Positions 49,248-61,420 of a stretch of DNA of 64,000 nucleotides are shown in pieces (positions within the stretch are counted from its first letter, which is position 1; each line of letters starts with the position of its first letter). Origin of the DNA: Hemiscyllium ocellatum (taxonomy: Eukaryota); assembly GCF_020745735.1 (NCBI RefSeq), contig NC_083435.1, positions 22,009,231-22,073,230 on the forward strand, given 5' to 3'. Both the position numbers and the translations under genes were made by a program. The notes beneath the pieces were generated by a model. That model saw only the letters and a program-made list of their open reading frames with translations. It did not search any database and had not been told where the DNA came from.

Positions 49248-49799
49248 TTGCTTTTAAATAGTGCAACCCTCACTGATCTCTCAGGACCAACACTTTGCAG
49301 TTTACTTATGACCAGAGACTGAACTGGACTAGACTAGCCGTAAAATACTGTGGCTGCAAGAGCAGGTGAGTATTTAGGAATCTTTCTCAAGTAATTCCAC
49401 CACCTGCAAGTCACTCCAAACCACTCAGCATCTTGAGTAGGAAAAATATCGTCATTCCTTCACTGTCACTGGGTCAAACTGCTGGAACTCTCTCCCTAAC
49501 AGCATTGTGGGTGTGACTACATGAAATGGACTGCAGCAGTTCAGGAAGGCAGCCCACAAGGAAAATTAGGAATGGCCTTAAATGCTAGCCCAGCCAGCAA
49601 GACCTACATTCCCTGAATAAAAAAAAAATGCTGTTCAATCCTTTATCCCTCTACTGTACAGCCGAGCCATCTGTGGTGCCATTGACTTCTCTCTGGCCAC
49701 ACTCCCCTGAAGAACCATCATTCTCACCAGCATTCAAAATGGAACACCAATTGGCATGCAGGATAGGCTCTGGCAGTTCTTGCACTACCAGCTTAGTTG

Positions 49800-50215
49800 A
49801 ACAATGAACAATGAAAATTTACAGCCCAGGAACAGGCCCTTCGGCCCTCCAAGCCTGAGCCGATCCAAATCTACTGTCTAAACCTGTTGGTTAATTCCTA
49901 AGCTTCTGTATCCCTCTGCTCCCCACCTCCTCATGCATCTGTCCAGATGCATCTTAAATGAATCTACCATGCCTGCCTCTGCTGGCAACACGTTCCAAAT
50001 GCCCACCACCCACTGTGTGAAGTACTTGCTGCATGTATCCCCCTTAAACTTTCCACCTCTCACCTTGAAAGCATGACCTCTCGTTATTGAATCCTTCACC
50101 CTGGGAAAAAGCTTGTCTCTATCCATCTTGTCCATACCCTTCATGATTTTGTAAACCTCAATCAGGTACCCCCCCCCATCCCCTTTTCTCTAATGAAAAC
50201 AATCCTAACCTACTC
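49800..50215 (-). mobile_element. CR1-like LINE 3' end of a different subfamily, (ATTGTTC)n tail
   Basis: MKGMDKMDRDKLFP..TRGHAFKVRGGKF on the - strand. Confidence 0.75.
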
Positions 50216-50682
50216 GTAGCAAGCACCTTCCAGCCCAGTTATCTTAGAGCACCTAGTGTTCTCCATCCCTTTGCTTCAAGTACACATCTAACCTTCAATA
50301 TGACAACCTCCCTGAAAGTGCTGTTCAAATTGTTCTCTCCCTTGTGGATTCACAACAGCGTCTTGAATGCCACTGCTCAAGTGCTGATCCTCATCACCTA
50401 CACACGTGCAACTGGGGTCACTGATTGCAGATATGTCCTTCTGGAACACATGGTCCATCCATGACTTTGTATATACCACAGCGATACACTCCACTTGGTC
50501 AAACTGACCTGTACACCAGTAATGCAAAAAAAGAACTACCACAAGTCATACAGCAGAAATCTTACCAATACTCACCAATCTGGTATTTTCCCCTCTTGGA
50601 CACTACTTCTCTGTTTAGATTACTTTGACTGCCTTGCTTACTCCTCTGGATGATGTTGACTACTTGTCAGAATAACTGTGTG

Positions 50683-50899
50683 GGGTGGCACTGTGGTTAG
50701 CACTGCTGTGAGCCCCAGGTTCAATTCCAGCCTCGGGCAACTGTGTGGAGTTTGCACATTCTCCCAGTGTCTGCGTGGGCTTCCTCCCACACTCCAAAGA
50801 TGTGCAGGCCAGGTGAATTGGCCATGCTAAATTAGGTGTAAGGTGCATTAGTCAGAGGGAAATGGGTCTGGGTGGGTTACTCTGTGGAGGGTCGGTGTT
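50683..50899 (+). mobile_element. HE1-type SINE, 3'-truncated
   Basis: gggtggcactgtggttagcactgctg head and HE1 body. Confidence 0.75.
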
Positions 50900-51143
50900 G
50901 ATAATCTCCGTCCTGGCATGCTCCTTGTACTCTGTGCACTGTTAACCAGCCTTTCCTGTCACTTGCATTAATTACTTCACTCCTTGTTTCTGAATGCCCT
51001 TTGGAATTGTATCATGTTTCCTCTCAACCTACCTCTCCATCAAGATGCGTCACTCCTCTTCATTTTTGTCTGCCACGGGCTTGTGCCTATTTAGTTGTGG
51101 TCCTCCTTTTTTTAATCTCATCATTGTTTACCACATTTCTAAG

Positions 51144-51352
51144 CTGAAAATGTGTTGCTGGAAAAGCGCAGCAGGTCAGGCAGCATCCAAGGAACAGGAG
51201 ATTCGACGTTTCGGGCATAAGCCATTCCTGAAGAAGGGCTTATGCCCGAAATGTTGATTCTCCTGCTCCTTGCATGCTGCCTGAGCTGCTGCGCTTTTCC
51301 AGCAACACATTTTCAGCTCTGATCTCCAGCATCTGCAGACCTCACTTTCTCC
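51144..51352. mobile_element. Palindromic Penelope-like non-autonomous insertion with a 15-bp TSD and a minimal hammerhead-ribozyme-like core
   Basis: 82-nt inverted arms at 51142-51223 and 51237-51318. Direct repeat TACCACATTTCTAAG at 51129-51143 and 51353-51367. CTGAAGA-A-GGGC-TTAT-GCCC-GAAA core at 51228-51251. Confidence 0.75.
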
Positions 51353-54031
51353 TACCACATTTCTAAGTCCCATACCGTCTGCTCTATATACCCAAGAACT
51401 GATATATATCAGAAATGAGCACTGATCCCTCATGGACACCACTATATACATCCCATCAGCCTGGAAAGCAACTCTTCAGCTCTATCCTTTGCTTCTGAGT
51501 CAGTTTTGTAGTTCAGGCTGCCAAAATGTCCCCTTCATTGAACTTGATTTAATATCTTATCAGTTGTCTTCGGAAAGACCGTATCAACCACACGACCCCT
51601 GTTTGGTATTTTCAGAAAAGTTCAGAAAAGAGACCATTCCTGAAAGCTGTGCCACACAGGAGTAAGAGGCCAGAGAGGGTTCGTGAGCTGAGGAGAGTTC
51701 AGAAAGTGTGACCAAAATCCTTAACCCCAGATGGAGTTTAAAGGCAATGTTGAAGTGGCCAGAGTCACAGGACTTGAAGACTTGGTGACCAGTGCGGGGA
51801 GGCAGGTAGAGCACAAATAGCTGGAGGAATTGGGACAGTCCAGGTCCGCTCTGATTCAGTAAAACTGGAGAAGGACACGGGAGGATCGAGCAACAAGGCC
51901 ATGAACAAGTGATGTAGAAATCACTGGCAGTGCCAGCATTTGTTGTCCATTCCCAATTATCTTTGAACTAATTGATGTGCCATTTCCAAGGGATAGATAA
52001 GAATCAACCCTGCATTGCTATGGATCTGGAGTCAAATGTAGGCAATTGCAGATGAGGAAAGCAGACTTTCCTTTCCAATGGGTGTTCAGAAACCAGGCAG
52101 GTTTTTAACCACAATTGCTGGCAATTCCACAGGCACCGTTCATGAAACTAGCTTTGTATTTGAGATATATTTGTCAAATTTAAATTCCATCTATTATCGT
52201 CCACCGACATTCCCACAATGTGGAATTTGCAACAGGTTAGTGACTCTGTGACCAGCAACCAGTGTAGGTGAGTGAACACAATTGAGCAGGTAGCAGAGTT
52301 TTAGATGAATGGGAGCCGTCCATGAGAATGAGCAAACCCAGAGGTGACAACAATAACTTGTATTTACACAGCACCTTTATTGAAATATCCACAGGGTATC
52401 ATACGGCAAAACTGACACCAAATGAGTATTAGGACAGGTGACCCAAGGGCCTGCTGAAAAATGAGGAGTTTCTTTGGGGCTTATGAGAAGAGAGATTGAC
52501 CAAAGGAAATCCACAACTTCAGTGGAGAAACAGCCTGAGGCACAGGGTATCAAGGATACATGACAGGCCAGGACTGGGGGAATGTGGAGAATCCTCCACA
52601 GAGCACTGTAGGAGATTACAGCGATAGGAGAAGGTGAGGTCTGTGGAGAGATTTGAAAACAAGGTGGAGAAGGGTAGAACTCTACTATTGACAGACCAAA
52701 GCCAATGTGATCAGGGCTGTGGAATGAAGAGAGCTTAGTGGGAGCTGCACACGGGTGGCAGAGTTTGCAATGTGTCTATGTTTATGGTTGAAGCCAGGGG
52801 CAGCAAAGGTAATGGTGAGGTTTTCAGCAGCTGAGCTGATTCAGTGCTGTGTTGGGTGTGTCATGGGGGTGAAATTAAGCGGTCTGTGTAATTTTGCTGA
52901 TATAGGTCTAGTTCAACGAGAGGGGTGAAGAAGCAGTGAGGGAACAAAGTTTGGTAATGGGAACCAAACACCACATGTTCAGAATTCCTATTATTGAGTT
53001 GAAGGAAACTTCTGATGAACCTGTACATCAGAGAAAGTGAAGTGGGTAGGTGGGGTGGGTGGGGTGGGTGGGGTTTGAGAGCTGATGGTGAAGTAGATCA
53101 CTGCAGGTGATCACTCGATTTTCAGTAGACAGAAAAGAATGGAATTAGAATTACGCATGTTGTTCTTCACTGTATCCAACACCTACGTACACACTTACAC
53201 AAGATGGGTACTGGGGAAAAATAAGCACTATCGCTGCTAGGTAATAGTGTGGGGAAAATAAAAAAAGAACAGAAAATATAACAAAAAAGAAAAATAATAA
53301 ACAGGAATGTCAGAAGTTCTGTTCACTCCGAGAGCTGCCTCTGAGGGGAAGAAAAAATGGAATCAGATACCACACAGCGGGACAACAGTGAGGATTTGAA
53401 TATGGAAATACAAACACAGAGCTGGAAACTCCAACTAAGAACTGAGACTAGAATACCGGAAAGGAAAGCTGAGTGAATAGTTAATGCGATCAGGCTGAAT
53501 ACTGAAAGAGTGAACTAAGGGTCCTCCACCATTTGGCATCCCCTCCCTGAATCACAGACCCCCTGAAGAGTTGCTGTAATTCAGCAGCTAGATGTTATGC
53601 ACACCGCTGCCATTGTGCACTGGGATAGACTGAAGGTGATGGGCAGGCTGCCACGCCCTGAGTGGTACTGAGCTTCCTGAGTGATGTCATCCAGGCTTTG
53701 TAGGTGGACAGCAGGGATTGAGGAGGAGAGTTACTCCTGACAGAATTTCCAGCCTCCTCCCTGCTCTTCCAGCCGCTGGGAGGGGGTATAGGTGGGTGGT
53801 GGAGAACTCAGCAATGGTCATGCCATTGAACATCATGAGGAGATTTTTGGAATGACTCTTGTTGGAGATGGCGATTGCCCAGCTCAGGTAGCATGAACAA
53901 TACTTGACATTTATCTCAATCTTGGATATCATCCGGGTTTTTCAGCGTGCAGATTGAGGCAGTAGCTGAAGTCACAAACGGTCCTGAACACTGTGCAGTT
54001 ACCATCCAGCATCCACACTTTTTTTTTAACC

Positions 54032-54305
54032 TGCAGAATCCCAAGCATGTGGAAGGGGACCAGTCAGTCCATGTTGAACCTTCAGAGCATCCCACCCAGA
54101 CCCTCACCTTTATCCCTGTAACCCTGAGTTTCCCCACAGTTAACCCACCTTAAACTGCACATCTTTGGGGTGTGGGAGGAAACCGGAGCACCCAGAGGAA
54201 ACCCATGCAGACACGGGGAGAATGTACAAACTCCACACAGTTGCCCGAGGCTGGAATCGAACCCGGCTCCCTGGCGCCATGAGGCAGCAGTGCTAACCAC
54301 TGAGC
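54032..54305 (-). mobile_element. HE1-type SINE inserted in an older LINE fragment
   Basis: HE1 body and head ..gaatcgaacccggctccctggcgccatgaggcagcagtgctaaccactgag. Confidence 0.75.
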
Positions 54306-54875
54306 TTATGATGGAGGGAAGGTCATTGAAAAAGCAGCTGAAAGTAATTAGCTCAAACATTCCAGCATTAACAATTCCTGCAGTATCTTGGGATGGAGCG
54401 GATGGACCAGTCAAACCTGACTCTGAACCTAGCGTGACTCCAAAACCCCGATTCCCACAGACTCCCGGTTGTGAAGGAGCCCGCTGCTTAGGGCCGTCAC
54501 TCTCAGCTCCCATGCTGAGTTCAGTCTTTGCTCCAATGTTTGGACCAAAGTTGTAGTGAGGGCAGGAGACTAGTGCATCCCCTCCATGGAACACAACCCA
54601 AGCACTGCTGAGTAAGTGCAGCCTAACAGCAGCACGCATGACACCTTCCATTGTTTAGCAGATGGTTGGGACCAGATCACATTTGCCGTGATTTTGTTGT
54701 GTGTGTGTGTGTGTGTGTGTGGACTGGGCATAGCCTGGCATTTCCCAACAGCGCTGGGACAGTGTCGGAGCTGAACTGGAACAACCCGGCTGGGATGCAG
54801 CCAACTCTGGAGGTCAAGTTTACAGCGGAACAGGTCGCCTTCACATTACCCGGAGCCTTCAGCCATTTCTTTGTG

Positions 54876-55315
54876 TAGAGTCATAGAGACGTACAGCATG
54901 GAAACAGACCCTTCGGTCCATCCAGGCTGACCAGATATCCCAACCCAATCTAGTCCCACCTGCCAGCACCCGGCCCATATCCCTCCAAACCCTTCCTATT
55001 CATATACCCATCCAGATGCCTCTTAAATGTTGCAATTGTACCAGCCTCCACACTTCCTCTGGCAGCTCATTCCATACGCGTACCACCCTCTGTGTGAAAA
55101 AGTTGCCCCTTAAGTTTCTTTTATCTTGCCCCTCCCATCTTAAACCCATGCCCTCCGAAACTCCAGGGAAAACAGCCCCAGCCTGTTCAACCTCTCCCTG
55201 TAGCTCAAACCCTCCAATCCTGGCAATATTCTTGTTAATCTTTTCTGAACCCTTTCAAGTTTTGCAACATCATTCCGATAGGAAGGAGACCAGAACAGCA
55301 CGCAGCATTCCAGAC
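54876..55315 (-). mobile_element. CR1/HER1-like LINE 3' end with an internal deletion
   Basis: agagtcatagagacgtacagcatggaaacagacccttcgg terminus. Confidence 0.8.
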
Positions 55316-55383
55316 GTGGAGTGAATCTGACCAGTCGAACAGCTGTATCTACGATGCTGGAGGCCTCAGGAAGGGGGCATTTG

Positions 55384-55848
55384 GAATCCCTACAGCATGG
55401 AGGCAGGCCATTTGGCCCAGAAATTTACACTGACCCGCAGAAAAGCATCCCACTCTGTGAACCCTGCGTGCCCCAAGGCATTAAAGTTGCACAATGGACA
55501 ATTTAGCACGGCCAATCCACCTAACCTGTACACCTGTGGAAGGAAACTGGAGCATCTGGAAGGAACGCAGGGGAGAATGTTGTTCAAATACTGAATGGAC
55601 TCACAAATTATTAGCATTCGCCTGTCCCTGCGTTTTGTTTTTGTCGCTGTTTCCCTATTATTTACTATCTACGCGACTTAACTCTGTCATCTGCCTGTAT
55701 TGCTCGCAGGACAGAGCTTTTCACTGCGTCTCGGTACACGGGACAATAAACTCAACTCAATTCAAACTCCACACAGACAGTCGCCTGAGGCTGGGATCGA
55801 ACCGGGTCCCTGGCGCCGTGAAGCAGAGGTGCTAACCCACTGTGCCAC
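55384..55848 (-). mobile_element. HE1-type SINE interrupted by a + strand LINE 3' end at ~55580-55763; same family as ~38020-38232
   Basis: The SINE halves join at agaatgt|caaactccacacagac. The insert ends gcttttcactg..ggtacac..gacaataaa with a short-repeat tail. Confidence 0.65.
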
Positions 55849-56690
55849 CTCTTGAGGCTGAAGGTGGTCCTACACTGGGATGAAAGGGAACAGGGCGAGG
55901 GGTCCTGTGTATGTGGGCTTTAAGGTAACAATTGCTGCTTTAACAGAATCATGTCAACATATAAATGGGATAGGTGTGGAAAGTGGCTATGCAGCTCAGT
56001 GTATCTATCCAGCACATGGCCACATCCACCTCTTCATCCACTGCCCTGAGGGCCTTGGTACTTAAACCCGTTAAACACTTGATGGGATTTTGCCTCTACC
56101 ACATTTTCAAAGTTCCAGCTGCACCCACTCGAGTGGAAAAGAAAATTCCGGAATCATCGCCCCCACCTTTTATGTAACCTCTGCCCTGGGTTAGGGGGCC
56201 CTCAACAGAAGGGCCTTCCTACACACTCGATCGAACGCTCTGACAGTATTACCCAGCATAATCGGAGCTTCCGCTGCTGCACGGACACTGAAGCCAGGCT
56301 GTTTGCCAACCTCCATCGCTAGCTCCTGGCCTCCTTCCCTGTAAACTACCTCACTGTACAAGCTCTGGTACACAGTCACAGCGTGCCGAGAGACTTCCCC
56401 ATGAGTCAGCATGAGGCGGCTGACAGTCCACAGGCACCGGAGAGAGAGAGAGAGATAAAGGTTCAGACTCGGAGGAGCCGTGCAGAGTCCGGAAAGGAAG
56501 TGGGACTGATAGGTTATCGACGGCGTAGATCCCAGGGCAGAGTGCACAAAGGGACACAGGCTCCCACAGGCTGCAACTCGCTTCAGGGAGATCACATACA
56601 ACAGTCCGCATCAAAGGGTCCTGGGTGGGGTACAGATACGTGCAATCTGAACACACTTCCAGCCCTTTACTGTTCCATCGCTTCCCCCCC

Positions 56691-57090
56691 CCTCTGGGAC
56701 TGGGTGGGACAGTGGGTCAGACACTGTCCTTTCCCCTCCCCCTCCCTCTGGGACTGGGCGGGACAGTGGGTCAGACACTGTCCTTTCCCCTCCCCCTCCC
56801 TCTGGGACTGGGCGGGACAGTGGGTCAGACACTGTCCTTTCCCCCCCCACCTCCCTCTGGGACTGGGTGGGACAGTGGGTCAGACACTGTCCTTTCCCCT
56901 CCCCCTCCCTCTGGGACTGGGTGGGACAGTGGGTCAGACACTGTCCTTTCCCCCCCTCCCTCTGGGACTGGGTGGGACAGTGGGTCAGACACTGTCCTTT
57001 CCCCTCCCCCTCCCTCTGGGACTGGGTGGGACAGTGGGTCAGACACTGTCCTTTCCCCTCCTCCCTCTAGGACTGGGTGGGACAGCGGAC
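56691..57090. repeat. ~54-bp minisatellite, 7 copies plus a partial; each unit has a GGACAGTG-N7-CACTGTCC hairpin
   Basis: Unit CCTCTGGGACTGGGTGGGACAGTGGGTCAGACACTGTCCTTTCCCCTCCCCCTC. Confidence 0.93.
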
Positions 57091-57265
57091 ACAGTCTGTC
57101 TCTCTCCGCCCTCCACCTTGGGTGCAACTGGGAGTAGTTTCCCCCGTAAACCTCGTAGCGTTTTCTCCTGCGGGAACGCCTGGACGGTGCTAACCCCCGC
57201 AACCGAGCGGGTGAGTAAGAGAGAGAGTCACACCTCCTCGCTGCAGGAACCATGTCTGAAAATCT

Positions 57266-57271
57266 TTTATT
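57266..57271 (-). terminator. Probable poly(A) signal of the valyl-tRNA synthetase gene
   Basis: TTTATT on + is AATAAA on -, about 260 nt after the stop codon. Confidence 0.6.
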
Positions 57272-57527
57272 CACAGCGGGGGCTGTTCCAGTCCCGAGAC
57301 CTTCGGCCTTCCCAGGGCCTGGGCGCCAAATCCTGCTGACGGCTCAGCCCCAGTCTGGGGGGGGGGCAGTTGCAGACCACGGCCTGGCTTCACAGTTGCT
57401 CCCTTTCCCCATCCCACCTCCCCAGGGCCGGTGTTAGAGAGAGAGAGAGGATGGGGCCCAGCAGGCAGGGCTGGGCGAGTGGAGGCTTCGGCCTGTCCGA
57501 TGATGCATTCCCGGGTTACGCGCCCCC

Positions 57528-57617
57528 TCACGCTACGTCACCATGGGTTTTCCGAAGACTCTGGAGATTGTCGACGGCCTGCAGCACTCGCTCCAGCTCA
57601 GCCCTCAGACAGCGGAC
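57528..57617 (-). CDS. VARS2: Valyl-tRNA synthetase (probably mitochondrial VARS2), terminal exon VRCLRAELERVLQAVDNLQSLRKTHGDVA*
   Basis: Acceptor cggcag| on the - strand in phase 0, an amphipathic coiled-coil ending typical of ValRS, and TGA at 57530-57528. Confidence 0.75.
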   Translation of the reverse strand, partial: VRCLRAELERVLQAVDNLQSLRKTHGDVA

Positions 57618-57769
57618 CTGCCGTTCGGGAGGGTTCGAAAACCAAACCATTAAAAACGAGGATCAGTCACGCCTCCTGCGCGCGCAAAACCAACCCCTGG
57701 AGACAGCCACCTTCCAACGCCCTGACCTCTAGGCCCTCGAAGGACAACCACCTCTCGGAAGGACCTTGT

Positions 57770-58255
57770 GAAACTTGAAAGGGTTCAAAAAAGATTTACA
57801 AGGATGTTGCCAGGGTTTGAGCTACAGGGAGAGGCTGAACAGGCTGGGGCTGTTTTCCCTGGACCGTCGGGGGCTGAGGGGTGACCTTATAGAGGTTTAT
57901 AAAATCATGAGAGGCATGGATAGGGTAAATAGGCAAAGTCTTTTCCCTGGGGATGGGGAGTCCAGAACTAGAGGGCATAGGTTTAGGGTGAGAGGGGAAA
58001 GATATAAAAGAGATCTAAGGGGCAACATTTTCACACAGAGGGTGGTGCGTGTATGGAATGAGCTGCCAGAGGAAGTGGTGGAGGCTGGTACAATTACAAC
58101 ACTTAAGAGGCATTTGGATGGGTATATGAATAGGAAGGGTTTGGAGGGATATGGGCCGGGTGCTGGCAGGTGGGACTAGATTGGGTTGGGATATCTGGTC
58201 AGCCTGGATGGGATGGACCGAAGGGTCTGTTCCCATGCTGTACTCGATGACTCTC
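57770..58255 (+). mobile_element. CR1/HER1-like LINE 3' end, young, in the last VARS intron
   Basis: GLSYRERLNRLGLFSL..GDLIEVYKIMRG..TRGHRFRVRG..WNELPEEVV, almost uninterrupted. Confidence 0.9.
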
Positions 58256-58339
58256 TGACAGCAGCAGATAGATGGGGACACCATGATCCTGAAGATCCCC
58301 TCCACATCTCTCACACATCACCCTGACTACACAGGAGCC

Positions 58340-58600
58340 TTACAGTGTGGAAAACCGGCCACTCGGCCCACTGAGTCCTTCTGAAGAGTGTCCCACCCTC
58401 CCTACCCTATCCCTGTAATGCTGCATTTCCCAAGGCTAACCCACCGTGCCTGGGCCCCCCTGGACTGTGGGGGAAGATCCCATACGCAGACACGGGGAGA
58501 ATGTGCAAACTCCACCCAGACAGCTGTCCTCAGGCTGGAATTGAGCCCAGGTCCCTGGCACCGTGAGGCAGCGGCGCTAACCACTGAGCCACCGTGCCAC
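58340..58600 (-). mobile_element. HE1-type SINE
   Basis: ..gtgaggcagcggcgctaaccactgagccaccgtgccac head on the - strand. Confidence 0.75.
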
Positions 58601-59047
58601 CCCGGACTTGGATCCAGATCACCACCCCTCCAGTTTGTCACCGGGACCACATCCCGAGACCTCGTCCCACACAGCGCCGCGAGACCGCAGTGGTTCAAGA
58701 TGGCAGCTCTTCCTCTACCTTTACAAGGGCGATTAGCGATGGGCGATGAAGGCTGGTCCAGCCAGCGAAGCCCACATCCCGGGACCAAACCAACCAGGAG
58801 AATAAACACCTCCCTGTGTCCTGCTTTCCCCACCTCGCCATTGGCCATCTGACACGGCCAACCCTGGCTACCCTGGGCAAACACTGGCCACCATCTGCCA
58901 GATCAGGTTGCTCCCAATGTCACACCAGGCTACACGTGGAAGTGCTGCAGACAGACTGCCTGATCCCAGCTGCCCAGGGCACTGTTGCCCTGCCCTGCCC
59001 TGCCCCAGTCGCCCACTGCCTGCCCTGCTCCAGCCAAGGGCACCCAC

Positions 59048-59197
59048 CTTCTGGGTGTGACCCTCTCGGATCCTCTCCGGAACCTTCTCTTCATAGCCAG
59101 GGATCTGCGTTCTGGTGATGGCGGCAGACAGCTGCTCCCCGATCTGTCTCTGTCTGGCCAACAGCTTCGCCAGCTCCTTCCCGGGATCGATAAGGCC
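59048..59197 (-). CDS. VARS2: Valyl-tRNA synthetase penultimate exon, tRNA-binding coiled-coil arm
   Basis: cag|GGC..AAG|gtggg, 150 nt, phase 0/0. GLIDPGKELAKLLARQRQIGEQLSAAITRTQIPGYEEKVPERIREGHTQK matches the ValRS C-terminal GL(I/V)D..EL.KL....Y..KVP pattern. Confidence 0.85.
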
Positions 59198-59209
59198 CTG
59201 CCCGGGAAT

Positions 59210-59222
59210 CAGAGAGAGAGAG

Positions 59223-59261
<39 letters not shown>

Positions 59262-59528
59262 AAGAGAGACCGCGCGCGCTCGAGAGAGAGAGATTGGGAG
59301 GGAGGGAGAGAGATTGGGAGGGAGAGAGAGGGGGGGGGGGGGGGGGGGAGAGGGAGAGCGAGAATCAGAGAGAGCTGGAGAGAGAGATTAAGGGGGAGAG
59401 AGAGAGAGAGAAAAATTGAGGGGGAGAAAGAGAGAGGGGGAGAAAGAGGGGGGAAAGAGACCGAGCGAGAGAGAAAAAGAGAATGAGAGTGAGAAATAGA
59501 GAAAGAGCGCGAGACTGGGGGGGGGGGG

Positions 59529-59568
<40 letters not shown>

Positions 59569-60300
59569 TTGGGGGAGAGAGGGATTGGGGGAGAGAGAGA
59601 TTGGGGGGGGAGAGGGATTGGGGGGGAGAGAGATTGGGGGGGAGAGAGATTGGGGGGGAGAGAGATTGGGGGGGAGAGAGATTGGGGGGGGGAGAGAGAT
59701 TGGGGGGGAGAGAGATTGGGGGGGAGAGAGATTGGGGGGGAGAGAGATTGGGGGGGGAGAGATTGGGGGGGAGAGAGAGATTGGGGGGGAGAGAGAGATT
59801 GGGGGGGGAGAGAGAGATTGGGGGGGAGAGAGAGAGAGATTGGGGGGGAGAGAGAGAGATTGGGGGGGAGAGAGAGAGATTGGGGGGGAGAGAGAGAGAT
59901 TGGGGGGGAGAGAGAGAGATTGGGGGGGAGAGAGAGAGATTGGGGGGGAGAGAGAGAGATTGGGGGGGGAGAGAGAGAGATTGGGGGGGAGAGAGAGAGA
60001 TTGGGGGGGAGAGAGAGAGATTGGGGGGGAGAGAGAGAGATTGGGGGGGAGAGAGAGAGATTGGGGGGGAGAGAGAGATTGGGGGGGGAGAGAGAGATTG
60101 GGGGGGAGAGAGAGATTGGGGGGGGGAGAGAGATAGACAGAGAAAGAGATAGAGTGAGATTGAGGGAGAGAGAGATTGAGGGAGAGAGAGAGATTGAGGG
60201 GGAGAGAGAGAGATTGAGGGAGAGAGAGAGTGCGCGCGAGCGAGAGAGAGAAAGAGGGATAGAGAGAGCGAGCGAGAGTGAGAGAGAGAGAGATAGAGTG
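59210..60300. repeat. ~1.1-kb (GA)n / (GAGAGAGATTGGGGGG)n purine-rich compound microsatellite
   Basis: Directly visible; the source of the SLSPP and GGERE pseudo-ORFs. Confidence 0.95.
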
Positions 60301-61420
60301 AAGAATGTGTTTGTGGGGGTTTTGCCCCTCTGCACCAGCTCACTGCCTTATGCCACCCCCACCCACCCCACTTCCCAACCAGCCTCTACCTCTCCTTCCA
60401 CAGGATCTGCCTGATTTGCTGAAGGGCATTTTCTGTCGGGTTTGTTTCGTGGTTACGGGAACGAACGTGCACTGGCAGAGGGTGAACCACTTCCAGAGGT
60501 GCCATAGCGCTCCCTCTCAGCCTGAAAACGTCGGGCTGTGAATTTTAATAGCACCGACCGTGGGGTAGGTGCTTTGATCTCATCAAACAGAGGCGCACGC
60601 GGAGAGTGGGTGTCGAAGTGGGAGCGAGGGGAGTAGACTTGCAGAGCACTGAAGGGCAGCGCTGCACGGTCATGAGGTGTTGACAAACAGACAGTGCGCC
60701 AGGGATCGTCTGGAGAGGGCTCACAGACAACAGCAGAGACGTCACGTTAAAACTTGGGAAGGAATAAGGCACTCGCGAGCGCCACAGTCACTTCTGGTCT
60801 CTCAGTCTTAAAAAGAAGGTCCAGAAATGGTTTTCCAGCGGGTTGCTCATACAGTCAGAGAGCATCGAGTCTCTGGGGGCAAACCGTACACTACCACCTA
60901 CACAGGCTGGTAGCCTTGACTGTTACACTGTGGCTCATCCAACTGCTTTCTTGCCCAGAAGTTGAGTGGTTTCCCACCTCGAATTTCCCCCTCTCCACTC
61001 TCCAGGACTGTGCATTCCACATTCCCACCAGTGTCCGGGTGGGAAAGTCCCGACGAGCCGCAAAGGCCGGGAAAAACCAAACGGGCTGCAGCTGTTTTCT
61101 CCGGAACGGAAGAGCGGGGGGGGAGAGGGAACTTTCGGGGCAGCGGAAAGGGTCTGAAAATTAACTTCGGAACCCAAAGACCTAGCGGGGGCTGGGCAAG
61201 TGCAGCGTTCGGAGCGAGTCACCCTGACGCATTTCGTCGAGTCGCTGCGGGGCAGGAGCAAGCCATTCGGCCCATCGGGTGCATGCTGACCCACCGAAGA
61301 GCATGCCGCCCTGCATTTCCTCGCGGCTAGCCCACTCACCCACCCACCCAGCCTGTGGGGTAATTTCGCACATCCCCGGGATCACAGAGGTCAGGCTGGG
61401 GATGCTCCCCCCTTGCTACA

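Noticed and set aside
56707-56730. RSS heptamer-like GACAGTG/CACTGTC in the 54-bp repeat
   Set aside because: No nonamer at 12/23 spacing and no V/J segments nearby.
56383-57339. 318-aa ORF with LPLGLGGTVGQTLSFP repeats
   Set aside because: It runs through the 54-bp minisatellite, starts at GTG, changes repeat frame internally and has no recognisable homology.
58868-60414. 491-aa SLSPP-repeat ORF and GGERE ORFs
   Set aside because: Microsatellite read-through; only 59048-59197 is a real exon.
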